Shown: piece by piece, positions 1 to 8,718 of the stretch
Numbering within the stretch: position 1 is the stretch's first letter
How the letters are laid out: every line of letters begins with the position of its first letter
NCBI RefSeq assembly: GCF_006345805.1
Contig: NW_021825897.1
Location: 1 to 14,108 of the forward strand
DNA length: 14,108 bases
Source: Octopus sinensis
Taxonomy: Eukaryota
Direction: 5' to 3'
Translations under genes and position numbers: made by a program
Notes under the pieces: model-generated
Seen by the model: only the letters and a program-made list of their open reading frames with translations
What the model was told of the DNA's origin: nothing
The model's database searches: none

Positions 1-17
1 TTCTACATTATTCAAAC

Positions 18-190
18 ACATCCATATATATATATATATATGTAAATATATGTGCACACACACATGCATGTACAGACATATATATATATATATAAATACA
101 CATACACACACACACAAGCACGCACACGCATATACATACACTCATGTACACACCGACGCACATACATTCTTGCATATGTAAATACATTCG
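18..190. repeat. Compound (TA)n/(CA)n microsatellite
   Basis: Direct reading; accounts for the low-complexity ORFs 8..202 and 12..212. Confidence 0.95.
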
Positions 191-523
191 GATCAAATTC
201 ATGATTGCTCAAGAATTAGTTATTGTAATTCTGATTACAACAATAGCTAATGTATTTTTTTATTTTTTATTTTTATATCTACTCACGATTGTTTTATCCG
301 TTGGTAACACAGTCAACTAGAATTTATCTCTGATTGAATAACAGTATGTATGTATGTGTGTGCATATATGTATGTATATATATATATATATATATTATAT
401 CGTAACTTTTGAATAATCGTGTAATCGGTTACGTGTTCCCAACAGACAATCACTGCTTTCTAATGGTGAGTGTTTTTAATTCGGTACAGAATAGATATTG
501 GCTTCAAATTCGGTACCTAATAC

Positions 524-981
524 ATATTGGCTTCAACTTTTGGCACAAGCCTAGCGATTTCGTGTTAGAGTAGTTAGTAGTTAGTTAGTTAGTTAATTGG
601 CTCAAAAGCAAATAGCAAGGCCATGTAGGGGGGGGACTGGATGGAGTTAAGTACAGGGTGGTGTTCATGTAAAGAGTTCAGGCCACTTGAGTCAACGGAG
701 GCTTTGAACAAAGCGTCGTCGGCATCTTCACCATCTCGTCTGGCAGCTTGTTCCACGGATCCGCAACCCGGACGAGAAAAAGCTCCTCTCCTTCGATTGA
801 GATGAAATCGTCGCAGGTAGAGCTTTTTGGAATAGTGAGTACATACATCGACCCAATATGTGACTGGTCCTTGTTTTTATCGACCACAGTATTTGAAAGG
901 ATGAAAGGTAAAATCGACGGAATTTGAACTCAGAACGTAAAGACGACGAAATACCGCTAAGAACTTTCTCGGCATGCTAAA
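524..981 (-). mobile_element. SINE family A copy, interrupted by a CR1/L2 fragment
   Basis: 524-570 (atattggcttcaacttttggcacaag) and 818-981 (atcgacccaat...gaaaggatgaaaggtaaaatcgacggaatttgaactcagaacg) together match the contiguous copy at 13898-14091 and the reverse complement of 2735-2970. Confidence 0.8.
571..817 (-). mobile_element. 5'-truncated CR1/L2-type LINE 3' end with (CTAA)n tail
   Basis: Minus-strand frameshifted peptide HLNRRRGAF/VRVADPWNKLPDEMVKMPTT resembles the CR1-group ORF2 C-terminal F-x-x-R-V-x-x-x-W-N-x-L-P motif. It is followed by a short 3' UTR and a tetranucleotide tail (571-595). TAGAG flanks both sides (566-570, 818-822). Confidence 0.8.
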
Positions 982-1105
982 ATTGCTCACATCCAAAGAA
1001 TTAATTTTGTTCGTAAAATATCAGTTGTCAATTTCCTCGTTGTTGTTTGTTTACTTCAATGATATAGATAAGTGAAAGGCGCATGCAGGCACCTAAACCC
1101 ATGGT

Positions 1106-1181
1106 CATACATACATACATACATACATACATACATACATACATACATACATACATACATACATACATACATACATACATA
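1106..1181 (+). repeat. (CATA)19 microsatellite
   Basis: Perfect tetranucleotide array abutting the start of the R4 homology. Confidence 0.97.
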
Positions 1182-1182
1182 C

Positions 1183-2300
1183 AAACTGTGGCCCACAATG
1201 TGTTTGCAGTGCCAATACTCATACCAACATTTGAGCTGCTTGATTGGACGCTTGATGAGATCCGAGCCATTGATGTGAAAACCCGAACAATACTAACAAA
1301 CACACATGATTTCCACATAAACAGTGATGTAGACGGCTCCTACCTAAAACCATAAGACGGCAGAGGCTAAACATCGATCCAAAATACCTTTGAATATCCC
1401 TTCGATAACATCTTTTAACCACAAAGTGACGAAGTGCATCCCTTGACCAAGTTTGTATACATGAGGTTGATAACATCATAAGACTTGGAAGACAGCTCTT
1501 TGAGCAACACTCTTTGGCTGATAATCTAGAATACATGGCCAAAGAAGTCGCACGACACTACCGCAACGTATCATCAGATGAAAGGATGAGCCTATATGAG
1601 CAGAAGACTATGCATAGATATGTTACTAGAATGCTCCGTGATGATAGCAACATCGATCATCAAAGCAGTTTATCATGGACTAATAGTCGGATTAATTACC
1701 TCCACTTTGAAGAGTATGCGGTTGCAATCCAGGAACAGGAAATATCAACCAAGTACCTGATGCACAAAAGGGATAGAGCTGCATGAAAAGCCGTAAAATA
1801 TGACAACTGATACAGACTTTGTGGAGTTCACACTGAAGATATCACCCACATTAAGCAGTTGTCTGAAAATGTCATCACGGTATTATTTACCGATGAGACA
1901 TGACGTTGTAGCTAGGACACTCTCTAATGAAATCCGTCAGAAGGATAATCGCAAGGACAAAGAAATAAGAATCCACAATATGGTAGAAGCCATAGCCGCT
2001 CATAATAAAAAAGAATACTGGTGGAATGTACCAGTGAAGACCTCAATAAAATGTAAGCACAACAGACCTGATATAATGATTTGGGATAGAGAAGAGAAAA
2101 TATGTACAGTTGTGGAAATTAGCTGCCCAGCGGATGTTAACATAAAGCTGAAGATCAGTGAAAAAGAGAACACCTATGCTGAACTATTGAGAAATCTGCA
2201 GTTACTCTATCCAGATTACAAGTTCAGGTTTATACCTGTAATTATTGGGGTCCTGGGATATGTAACATACTGTCTAAATACCAGTCTTGAGAAATTAGGA
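1183..2300 (+). pseudogene. R4/Dong-clade non-LTR retrotransposon ORF, C-terminal part (RT thumb, CCHC zinc knuckle, restriction-like endonuclease), decayed
   Basis: Successive frames give HNVFAVPILIPTFELLDWTLDEIRAIDVKTRTIL...SDVD; then *DGRG* (usually GGRGL); AIQEQEISTKYL; YRLCGVHTEDITH/SSC (1811-1862, first C mutated to Y); RHDVVA; and RPDIMIWD...VVEISCP...EKENTY (PD-(D/E)xK RLE, PD at 2067-2072). Several stops and frameshifts; homology ends after EKLG at about 2300. Confidence 0.9.
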
Positions 2301-2368
2301 GACCACCGCATACCAAATAAAAGTAAGTATATGTAGCATAGTATCTTATTTAAAACAAGACACCCGAT

Positions 2369-3425
2369 GGGTGCTAGGAAAGTTCCGTCCCGGAAAATTT
2401 GTTCCCGGAAAATTCGATTCCGAAAATTTGGTCCCAGACAATTTTACAAATCAGTATCCAGTCATCTCACCCAGTATGGAGTCCGTTTGCCCACACGTCA
2501 TTTCGCCCACAGGTTAACAAATATTTGCGATTTTAAGAAACCCTAATATGGCTGCAAAATATTTTAAAAGTGAGAAAAACAAAGATAAATTGATTGATGA
2601 ACTTAATTATGTTTACGACTTTCATAAGTTCAGTTCTGATGAGACAAGGAAACTGTGGGGCTGTGAGATTCGCTATACATGTCGGGCTCGGGTTCATACA
2701 GAGAATAAACCAGGTGAACCTATAATTATTTCAAAATAAGGCGGCGAGCTGGCAGAAACGTTAGCACGCCGGGCGAAATGTTTTGCGGTATTTCGTCTGC
2801 CGTTACGTTATGAGTTCACATTCCGCCGAGGTCGACTTTGCCTTTCATCCTTTCGAGGTCGATAAATTAAGTACCAGTTACGCACTGGGGTCGATGTAAT
2901 CGACTTAATCCGTTTGTCTGTCCATGTTTGTCCCCTCTGTGTTTGGCCCCTTGTGGGTAGTAAAGAAATATATAATTATTTCAACAATCAATAGTCATGA
3001 TCAGGAACCAGCACCGAACGCAGTGGAAGCACGATTCGCCATTTCAGCATTAAGAAAAAAGTTGCAAGATGGAGTTGAAACAAGTACTCGAGTGCTCATT
3101 TCAGAAACTACAAATAGTATTAGAGAGAATGCGAAATATGAATTACCACGATTGCAAACTGGATTTTCAAGTACTGGATTCTTTTAAATACTTAGAAGGC
3201 GGTGATTTGTTCATGCAATGAGACACAGGTAGTAATGATGAAAAGAGGATTTCAACAAAGGTCTTCAAAAACTGAAAACATCTCATTTTTAGGAATGGAC
3301 GGCACATTCGAATCATCACCAAGTTGATGGTGTCAGCATTTCACTGTTCATACTGTCATAAATGGTAGATCTTATCCTCGAGCTTTCGTTCTACTGCCGA
3401 GCAAAACACAAGCAGTATATGACAA
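2369..3425 (+). pseudogene. Mutator-like (MULE) DNA transposon 5' end with FLYWCH domain and first catalytic motif, decayed and SINE-interrupted
   Basis: Terminal region has ~15-bp repeats (ggaaaattYgtYccc x4, 2377-2435). ORF 2548 gives FKSEKNKDKL...YVYDFHK...LWGCEIRYTCRARVHT, which continues after the SINE as INSHDQEP...VEAR (FLYWCH-like). 3295-3426 gives MDGTFESSPS*WCQHFTVHTVINGRSYPRAFVLLPSKTQAVYDK (MULE DGTF motif). Confidence 0.88.
2735..2970 (+). mobile_element. SINE family A, full length, tRNA-derived head
   Basis: A-box-like TGGCAGAAACG and B-box-like GAGTTCACATTCC. Perfect 14-bp target-site duplication TATAATTATTTCAA at 2721-2734 and 2971-2984. Near-identical to 13521-13742. Confidence 0.93.
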
Positions 3426-3444
3426 GGAAGTGCAGATAAATAAC

Positions 3445-3543
<99 letters not shown>

Positions 3544-3616
3544 ATCTATCTTATCTATCTATAATATGTATATATGTATGTATGTATGTATATATGTATG
3601 TATATATATATATATA
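3445..3616. repeat. (ATCT)n followed by (TATG)/(TA)n microsatellite
   Basis: Direct reading. Confidence 0.95.
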
Positions 3617-4008
3617 CTAGCAGTATCGCCCGGCGTTGCTCGGGTTTGTAAGGGAAATAACTATATAAGCATTTTTTAGAGAGTTATAGCCAAAAAATAG
3701 CAAAAAAATGCATTAAAATGAAAAAAAATTAGGTAAATTTTTTTTAAATCGTTGACACATCGTAGATATTTTTAGAGAGTTACTTCCCTTATATAAAAGC
3801 GAAAAAATGCATTAAATGGAAAAATATGATGGTAAATTTTTTTAAAATCGTAGACTCATCGTAGACGCGCGCTAATACCCAGAAGGGCTCGATATGAATC
3901 ACACGACTATAAGATACCCGCTTTTGGTTAAACTGCACCACAAATGTGGGAGTAGTTACGAATCTAAATCGAAGGGGACAGACACACAACTTCACTCTTA
4001 TATAAAGA
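3617..4008 (-). mobile_element. Non-autonomous Helitron with ~97-bp internal tandem duplication
   Basis: On the minus strand it begins TC (4008-4007) after a host A, ends CTAG (3620-3617) before a host T, and has a GC-rich subterminal hairpin CCCGAGCAACGCCGGG (3644-3629). No TSD. These are the canonical Helitron termini. Confidence 0.85.
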
Positions 4009-4016
4009 TGCTTTTT

Positions 4017-4331
4017 TCAGTCATAGAGTTTAGATTTATGAAGGTCTTCAGTAGAAAATCCTTCGAATTCTGACTCGCTGCTTGATATAATGAAATTCGT
4101 ATCCATTTTTTGTCAGAATTACAAATTTTGAAAAACACCAATAGGAACAAATTTCGGAAAAAAATCTCCCATAATTCACGGAATTAAATTACACTTCGAT
4201 TTTTGTACAAAACTGTATTTGAAGTGTTACGAAGTATAATACGTGTTTTCACGAATGTACTAAAGAGATTTACTCTGATATTCTCATTTAAATATGAATA
4301 GGTAAATTCGGGCGGTTTGGTAACGAAAGGG
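4017..4331 (-). mobile_element. Possible piggyBac-like 5' end with start of transposase
   Basis: Minus strand begins (TAAA)CCCTTTCGTTACC, a CCC terminus at a near-TTAA site. A short ORF 4106-4017, MDTNFIISSSESEFEGFSTEDL, resembles acidic piggyBac N-termini. No second TIR was found. Confidence 0.4.
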
Positions 4332-4511
4332 TTTATATAAGTGTCGTCTGTTATACATAAACACTGTTTCATACTTACAGTTTAGTCTTCCTCAAATCAC
4401 TCTGTCGCTAATTTACTCTCTTCCAAGAACATTTTCACTCACTCTTATCTGTTAGCTTCCCATACATTTTACTCATGTATCATCAGCGTGATAGACAGAA
4501 ACAAATATTAC

Positions 4512-4778
4512 ATCTAGTTTCACTTTATTCGTTGCCACTGTGTGTGTGCGTTTGCGTGTGCTGTAAACCAGACTAAGAAAAGCATTTGACATACACACCA
4601 GAATGTGAGTTTTCTGTAAATTTTGCTTAATTGGAGTTTAAATTAAAAAAACTGGACCTGGCATGACCCATGCATTCTACTCTTAAAAATGCTAGGTAAA
4701 TTGTAATTGAAGAAATCCTATATTGTAGATTTCTATAACTCCCAAAGGGAGGCAGATAAAATCTGCCTTTATAATAAG

Positions 4779-4779
<1 letters not shown>
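4512..4779 (-). mobile_element. Second Helitron-like non-autonomous element (different family)
   Basis: Minus-strand 5' end A|TCTTATTATAAAG resembles the first Helitron's A|TCTTTATATAAG. Perfect hairpin GGCAGAT-AAA-ATCTGCC at 4751-4767. A CTAG occurs near 4513-4516 but is not followed by the expected T. Confidence 0.4.
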
Positions 4780-4810
<31 letters not shown>

Positions 4811-4883
4811 TATATATATATATATATTATAATATATAGATATTATATATATATATATAATATTATATATATATATATATATA
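4780..4883. repeat. Imperfect (TA)n microsatellite
   Basis: Direct reading. Confidence 0.95.
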
Positions 4884-4962
4884 TTTACCCTTATACAATG
4901 CTAATATGGTAATGGGTGCTGACCTATGTCTGTGACTGTCCTTCTAAATTTGGCAATACCAT

Positions 4963-5045
4963 ACTCCTCCTCCTCCTCCGCCTCCCCCTCCTCCTACTAC
5001 TACTACTACTACTACTAAAACTACTACCACCACCACCGCCACCAC
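4963..5045. repeat. Compound (CTC)/(CTA)/(CAC) trinucleotide repeat
   Basis: Direct reading; produces the poly-L/P and poly-V/G ORFs. Confidence 0.9.
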
Positions 5046-5197
5046 TCCTTTACTTGCTCTCATCCCCTTGTAACCTGTCTCCCCTTGTTCTCCGTTCCAC
5101 TTGAACATCCCAATCTTCCCACCTTCCCCCACACGACAGCCATTCATCAAGTGCTCTGCTTGTTATTTCCAGAAATGACTCTGAGGAAAGTAGCATT

Positions 5198-5254
5198 AAT
5201 TTTCCTCGGCCGTTCAATTTGCCTCAACTGATCAATAGACCAATTGAGTAAACC
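5198..5254 (-). pseudogene. Short remnant of a second R4/Dong RT-thumb region
   Basis: Minus-strand GLLNWSIDQLRQIERPRKI aligns with ELLDWTLDEIRAIDVKTRTI in the 1183-2300 element. Only 19 aa. Confidence 0.45.
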
Positions 5255-5354
5255 TGTCAGTAATGTACCTATAATGTCTACTGGAAAAAGCTTCAAGACA
5301 AATTCAGTCCAATAAAGAAATTATGTTATGACCATTATTTAAAACCTGGTTGTT

Positions 5355-5369
5355 ATTTGTATATATCTA

Positions 5370-5427
<58 letters not shown>

Positions 5428-5721
5428 CATATATATATACACATAAACTATACATATACATACACACACATACACATATATATATATATATATATACATA
5501 CATATACATATACATCATACATACATACATACATCACAACATACCTACATACATACATATATATATATGACTAGATTCTGTACTGTTTTCATCTACAGAA
5601 TTCTACACGAAGTATATTGGCGAATCCAAGGCTATGGCAGACAACACTCGCCTAAGTGCCGCAGCGCAGGATTGAAACCCGCGCAACGTGATTACAAAGC
5701 GCGCTTCTTAACCGCACAACC
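5355..5721 (-). mobile_element. Degenerate SINE family B 5' half plus its internal TA/CA microsatellite
   Basis: Reverse complement of 5566-5721 (ggttgtgcggttaagaagc...gcggcacttaggcgagtgttgtctgccatagcc) aligns with 12148-12310. The microsatellite at 5355-5567 lies where family B carries its internal repeat. Confidence 0.7.
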
Positions 5722-6238
5722 TGATCTGCATGCATGTCAGTTGATGGTCTTTTGTTTTGGATATTTTCAAGGAAGAAAAAAAATGCCATTTATTAAGTTA
5801 CACCAGCTGGTCTGACAATGGAACGGTGGATAACACTCTATGAGAAATCGGTAAATAATTCTCTATTCACACTCGAGTGATTCTGTCAAGGAGGCGCAGA
5901 TAAATAACACTAGATTGGCAACAAAAAGGACACAAGGAAAAAACCCTACAAAACCAATAAAAACACAGCAAAAATGAAAAAAAAAGACCTCGAGAAATAC
6001 AAACAGTAGTTCTTGTATATTCCATATAATCAAAGAATGTGCTGATCAGACAGACGAATGATCAAAGGTGTTACAGCCACGACCACCTCTTCTTTACTAT
6101 ATATTTAAGTCACAGCTATGAGGACATTTATCAATTTACTGCTGTGTGTGTGCTGAGAGAGCATTTACTCTTTACTTCAAAACAAAAAAGTGTTAGTCAT
6201 TTTTAAATCCAAGCTCAACTGTGAGTGCACAGGTACCT

Positions 6239-6289
<51 letters not shown>

Positions 6290-6300
6290 ATATACATATA

Positions 6301-6605
6301 TAGGGAAAATTTACGAAAAAAAACAAAAGACAGAAGACAGGTGGTGTACAAAACAAACAGATGTATTAGTATAACGCTCAGGAATAGAAAAAAATCTTTT
6401 ACCGTTTTCGAGCCTACGCTCTTCTACAGAGAGGTACACAAAAAAAAAACAGGGAGAGACCCAAGGAGAGAAAAAATGTGTGTAGTGGCTAACTATCTAT
6501 CATGGTGACTGATATATATATATATATATATATATATAACTAATGTAGGATAAAATTTTTTTCGAGAAAAAAATTTTATCAATGGCCAGCTTATCAAAAA
6601 AAAAT
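6301..6605 (-). mobile_element. Penelope-like element terminal-repeat fragment between (TA)n runs
   Basis: Contains ...CTGTAGAAGAGCGTAGGCTCGAAAACGG... on the minus strand, like the hammerhead-bearing pLTR motif CTGANGAAG...CGAAAC of Penelope elements. No RT or GIY-YIG coding sequence is visible. Confidence 0.6.
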
Positions 6606-6634
6606 AATATATATATATATATATATATTTACCC

Positions 6635-6989
6635 TTATACAATGCTAATATGGTATCCTAAAATATTGTCTATGTAATCCCCCAAATATTTTAATCCGTA
6701 AACAGTGTCGAAATACTTTTAAACGTACACAACAGCAAACTCCTTTTATAGTCATCTTAACATCAGACTATCATACTATGATAAAATTACTTTTAAAACA
6801 AACTTCTAATTTACTTATGTTTTGACAGACATTCTCTAGAACAATACTCTGTGCAAGACCAAATATATGGCATCCTAGGCATAACTTGAACTTCTAACTT
6901 GTCTTTTGAGGTCTCTGGGTGAGACTTGGAGTCAACTTGTACAAATACAAAGCAAAAGCCAAGCAAAAAATAGAAACTTTTAATAATAA
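6635..6989 (+). mobile_element. Probable R4/Dong 3' end (ORF terminus remnant, 3' UTR, short AAT tail)
   Basis: KILSM* at 6660-6677 resembles the R4 C-terminal HILRKxLS motif with deletions. The following UTR (gaggtctctgggtgagacttggag...caaatacaaagcaaaag) matches my recollection of cephalopod Dong 3' ends and finishes in aataataa. Partly memory-based. Confidence 0.5.
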
Positions 6990-6990
6990 A

Positions 6991-7550
6991 TGCCCTGATG
7001 CAGTACCAGGTAGTAGCTTTCATGGCTTCTGATCTTAACTGATTGGAAGTGTTATCATGTACATTGTTTTGTCTTGGTATAAAAGATGGGCTACAGCAAA
7101 TATTCTGCTCAATACCACAGATTTGCTTGTCAGCGTTTGACCATAACCAGTTGACCATGTCCCTTAATGGCTGACGATATGTGCATCTCTGATCACGAGC
7201 AGAAGTAGTGGTGGGGGGGGAGCATCATAGCCATATGTTGAAAGGAATACTTTGGGTTTTGGATAATTCACCTTTGGAAACATGGGTGTTTCGTTCAACA
7301 TCCTTAAACAACCCTTATTCAGGGACCTTTTGAGCGGGATAGGCTACTCAACCTGAAGAAAATTGTAACTGGGCCCCACCTGCAAGGTTATGCGCTGTTT
7401 GTCATGATATGAGATCCCCATGTTGAGCACATATGGTTGTGATGCATGTGCCTGGTGTACCCTTATCAGACGGGTAGTTATGATGGGTATACTGGGCTTC
7501 GTATATTTTACCCCAGTGTCACTTTGATGGCATGCACTACTCTCTCACTC
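6991..7550 (+). mobile_element. ~560-bp non-coding interspersed element, copy 1 (AAT-flanked)
   Basis: Runs TGCCCTGATGCAGTACCAGG...CTCTCACTC and aligns end to end with 7656-8213 at roughly 90% by eye. Strand assumed from the (AAT)n tail. Confidence 0.85.
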
Positions 7551-7640
7551 AACAACAACAAAAACAACAACAACAATAATAACAACAATAATAATAACAA
7601 CAGCAACAACAATAATAATGATAATAATAATAATAATAAT
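7551..7640. repeat. (AAC)/(AAT)n microsatellite
   Basis: Direct reading. Confidence 0.95.
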
Positions 7641-7655
7641 ATGATGCAGTACCTA

Positions 7656-8213
7656 TGCCCTGATGCAGTACCAGGCAGTGGCTCTCATGGCTTCTGATCT
7701 TAACTGGTTGGAAGTGTTATCATGTACATTGTTTTGTCTTGGTATAAAAGAGGGGCTACAGCAAATATTCTGCTCATACCACAGATTTGCTGTCAGTTGT
7801 TTGACCATAACAGTTGAGCATATCCCTTAGTGGCTGACGATATGTGCATCTCTGATCGCGAGCAGAAGTAGTGGGGGAGCATCATAGCCATGTGTTGAGA
7901 GGGATTCTTGGGGTTTGAATAATTCACCTCTGGAAACATGGGTGGTTCTTTCAACATCCTTAAACAAACCTTATTCAGGGACCTTTTGAGCGGGATGGGC
8001 TACTCAACCTGAAGAAAATTCTAACTGGGCCCCACCTGTAGGTCAGTGCAGTTTCGTTTATCTTGATATGAGATCACCATGTCGCGCACATATGGTTGTG
8101 ATGCATGTGCCTGGTGTACCTTTATCAGACGGGTAGTCATGATGGGTATATTGGGCTTCGTATATTTTACCCCAGTGTCACTTTGATTGATGGCATGCAC
8201 TGCTCTCTCACTC
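7656..8213 (+). mobile_element. ~560-bp non-coding interspersed element, copy 2 (AAT-flanked)
   Basis: Same start and end nucleotides as copy 1. Preceded by a 12-nt duplication of its own 5' sequence (TGATGCAGTACC, 7642-7653). Confidence 0.85.
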
Positions 8214-8219
8214 ATCATA

Positions 8220-8275
<56 letters not shown>

Positions 8276-8437
8276 TAATAATAATAATAATAATCCTTTC
8301 TACTATAGTCACAAGGTTTGGAATTTGAAGGAGGAAGATAGTCGTTTACATTGACCCCAGTGCCCAACTGGTACTTATTTCGTCGGCTCCGAAGTCGAAC
8401 TCGGCAGAGTAATAATAATGACAATATAATAATAATA

Positions 8438-8483
<46 letters not shown>

Positions 8484-8487
8484 GCAG

Positions 8488-8518
<31 letters not shown>

Positions 8519-8534
8519 AACAATAACAATAATG

Positions 8535-8597
<63 letters not shown>

Positions 8598-8608
8598 TAA
8601 TAATAATG
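8214..8608. repeat. (AAT)n and (AAT)/(AAC)n arrays at 8214-8294 and 8410-8608
   Basis: Direct reading; produces the poly-N/L/Y ORFs. Confidence 0.95.
8295..8408 (-). mobile_element. SINE family A-type 3' fragment
   Basis: cctttctactatag..cacaagg...gtcgtttacattgaccccagt...actggtacttattt matches the reverse complement of the 3' domain of family A. Confidence 0.75.
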
Positions 8609-8623
8609 ACAGCAACACTAAAT

Positions 8624-8718
8624 CTTTCTAATATAGGTATTTCTAATATAGGTATAAGGCCGGATATTTTTCGGGTGGGACAAGAAGAAGGAATAGAATC
8701 GACTTAATCGGCTCCTAA
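8624..8718 (-). mobile_element. SINE family A-type 3' fragment, degenerate
   Basis: ctttctaatataggtat (15-bp tandem duplication) aaggcc...aatcgacttaatcg parallels 8295-8408. Confidence 0.55.

Noticed and set aside
478-535. 29-bp tandem duplication (aattcggtac...atattggcttca x2)
   Set aside because: A simple local slippage at a SINE end; no further significance is evident.
2377-2435. CRISPR-like or iteron-like short repeats
   Set aside because: The units are contiguous, degenerate and lack spacers, in a eukaryotic context; they are better explained as MULE subterminal repeats.
2740-2830. tRNA gene calls for SINE heads (also 12148-12220)
   Set aside because: A and B boxes are present, but I could not build a cloverleaf and the sequence continues into multi-copy SINE bodies with TSDs or tails.
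4371-4400. Minus-strand GTAAGTA donor suggesting an exon
   Set aside because: Upstream acceptors give stops in all frames or only a 23-nt unsupported exon.
1183-6989. Single R4 element split by 4.3 kb of nested insertions
   Set aside because: No TSD or sequence continuity links 2300 to 6635, and intervening elements lie in mixed orientations. It is unproven without a consensus alignment.
6811-7158. 115-aa minus-strand ORF
   Set aside because: It spans the junction of two unrelated repeats, has no recognisable domain, and is not preserved in copy 2 of the 560-bp element, which has indels.
6991-8213. Ribozyme in the 560-bp element (CTGACGA at 7171-7177; HDV-like fold at the 5' end)
   Set aside because: There is no helix II plus GAAA partner for a hammerhead, and I could not assemble P1/P3/P1.1 for an HDV-like fold by eye. 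An automated search is still worthwhile.
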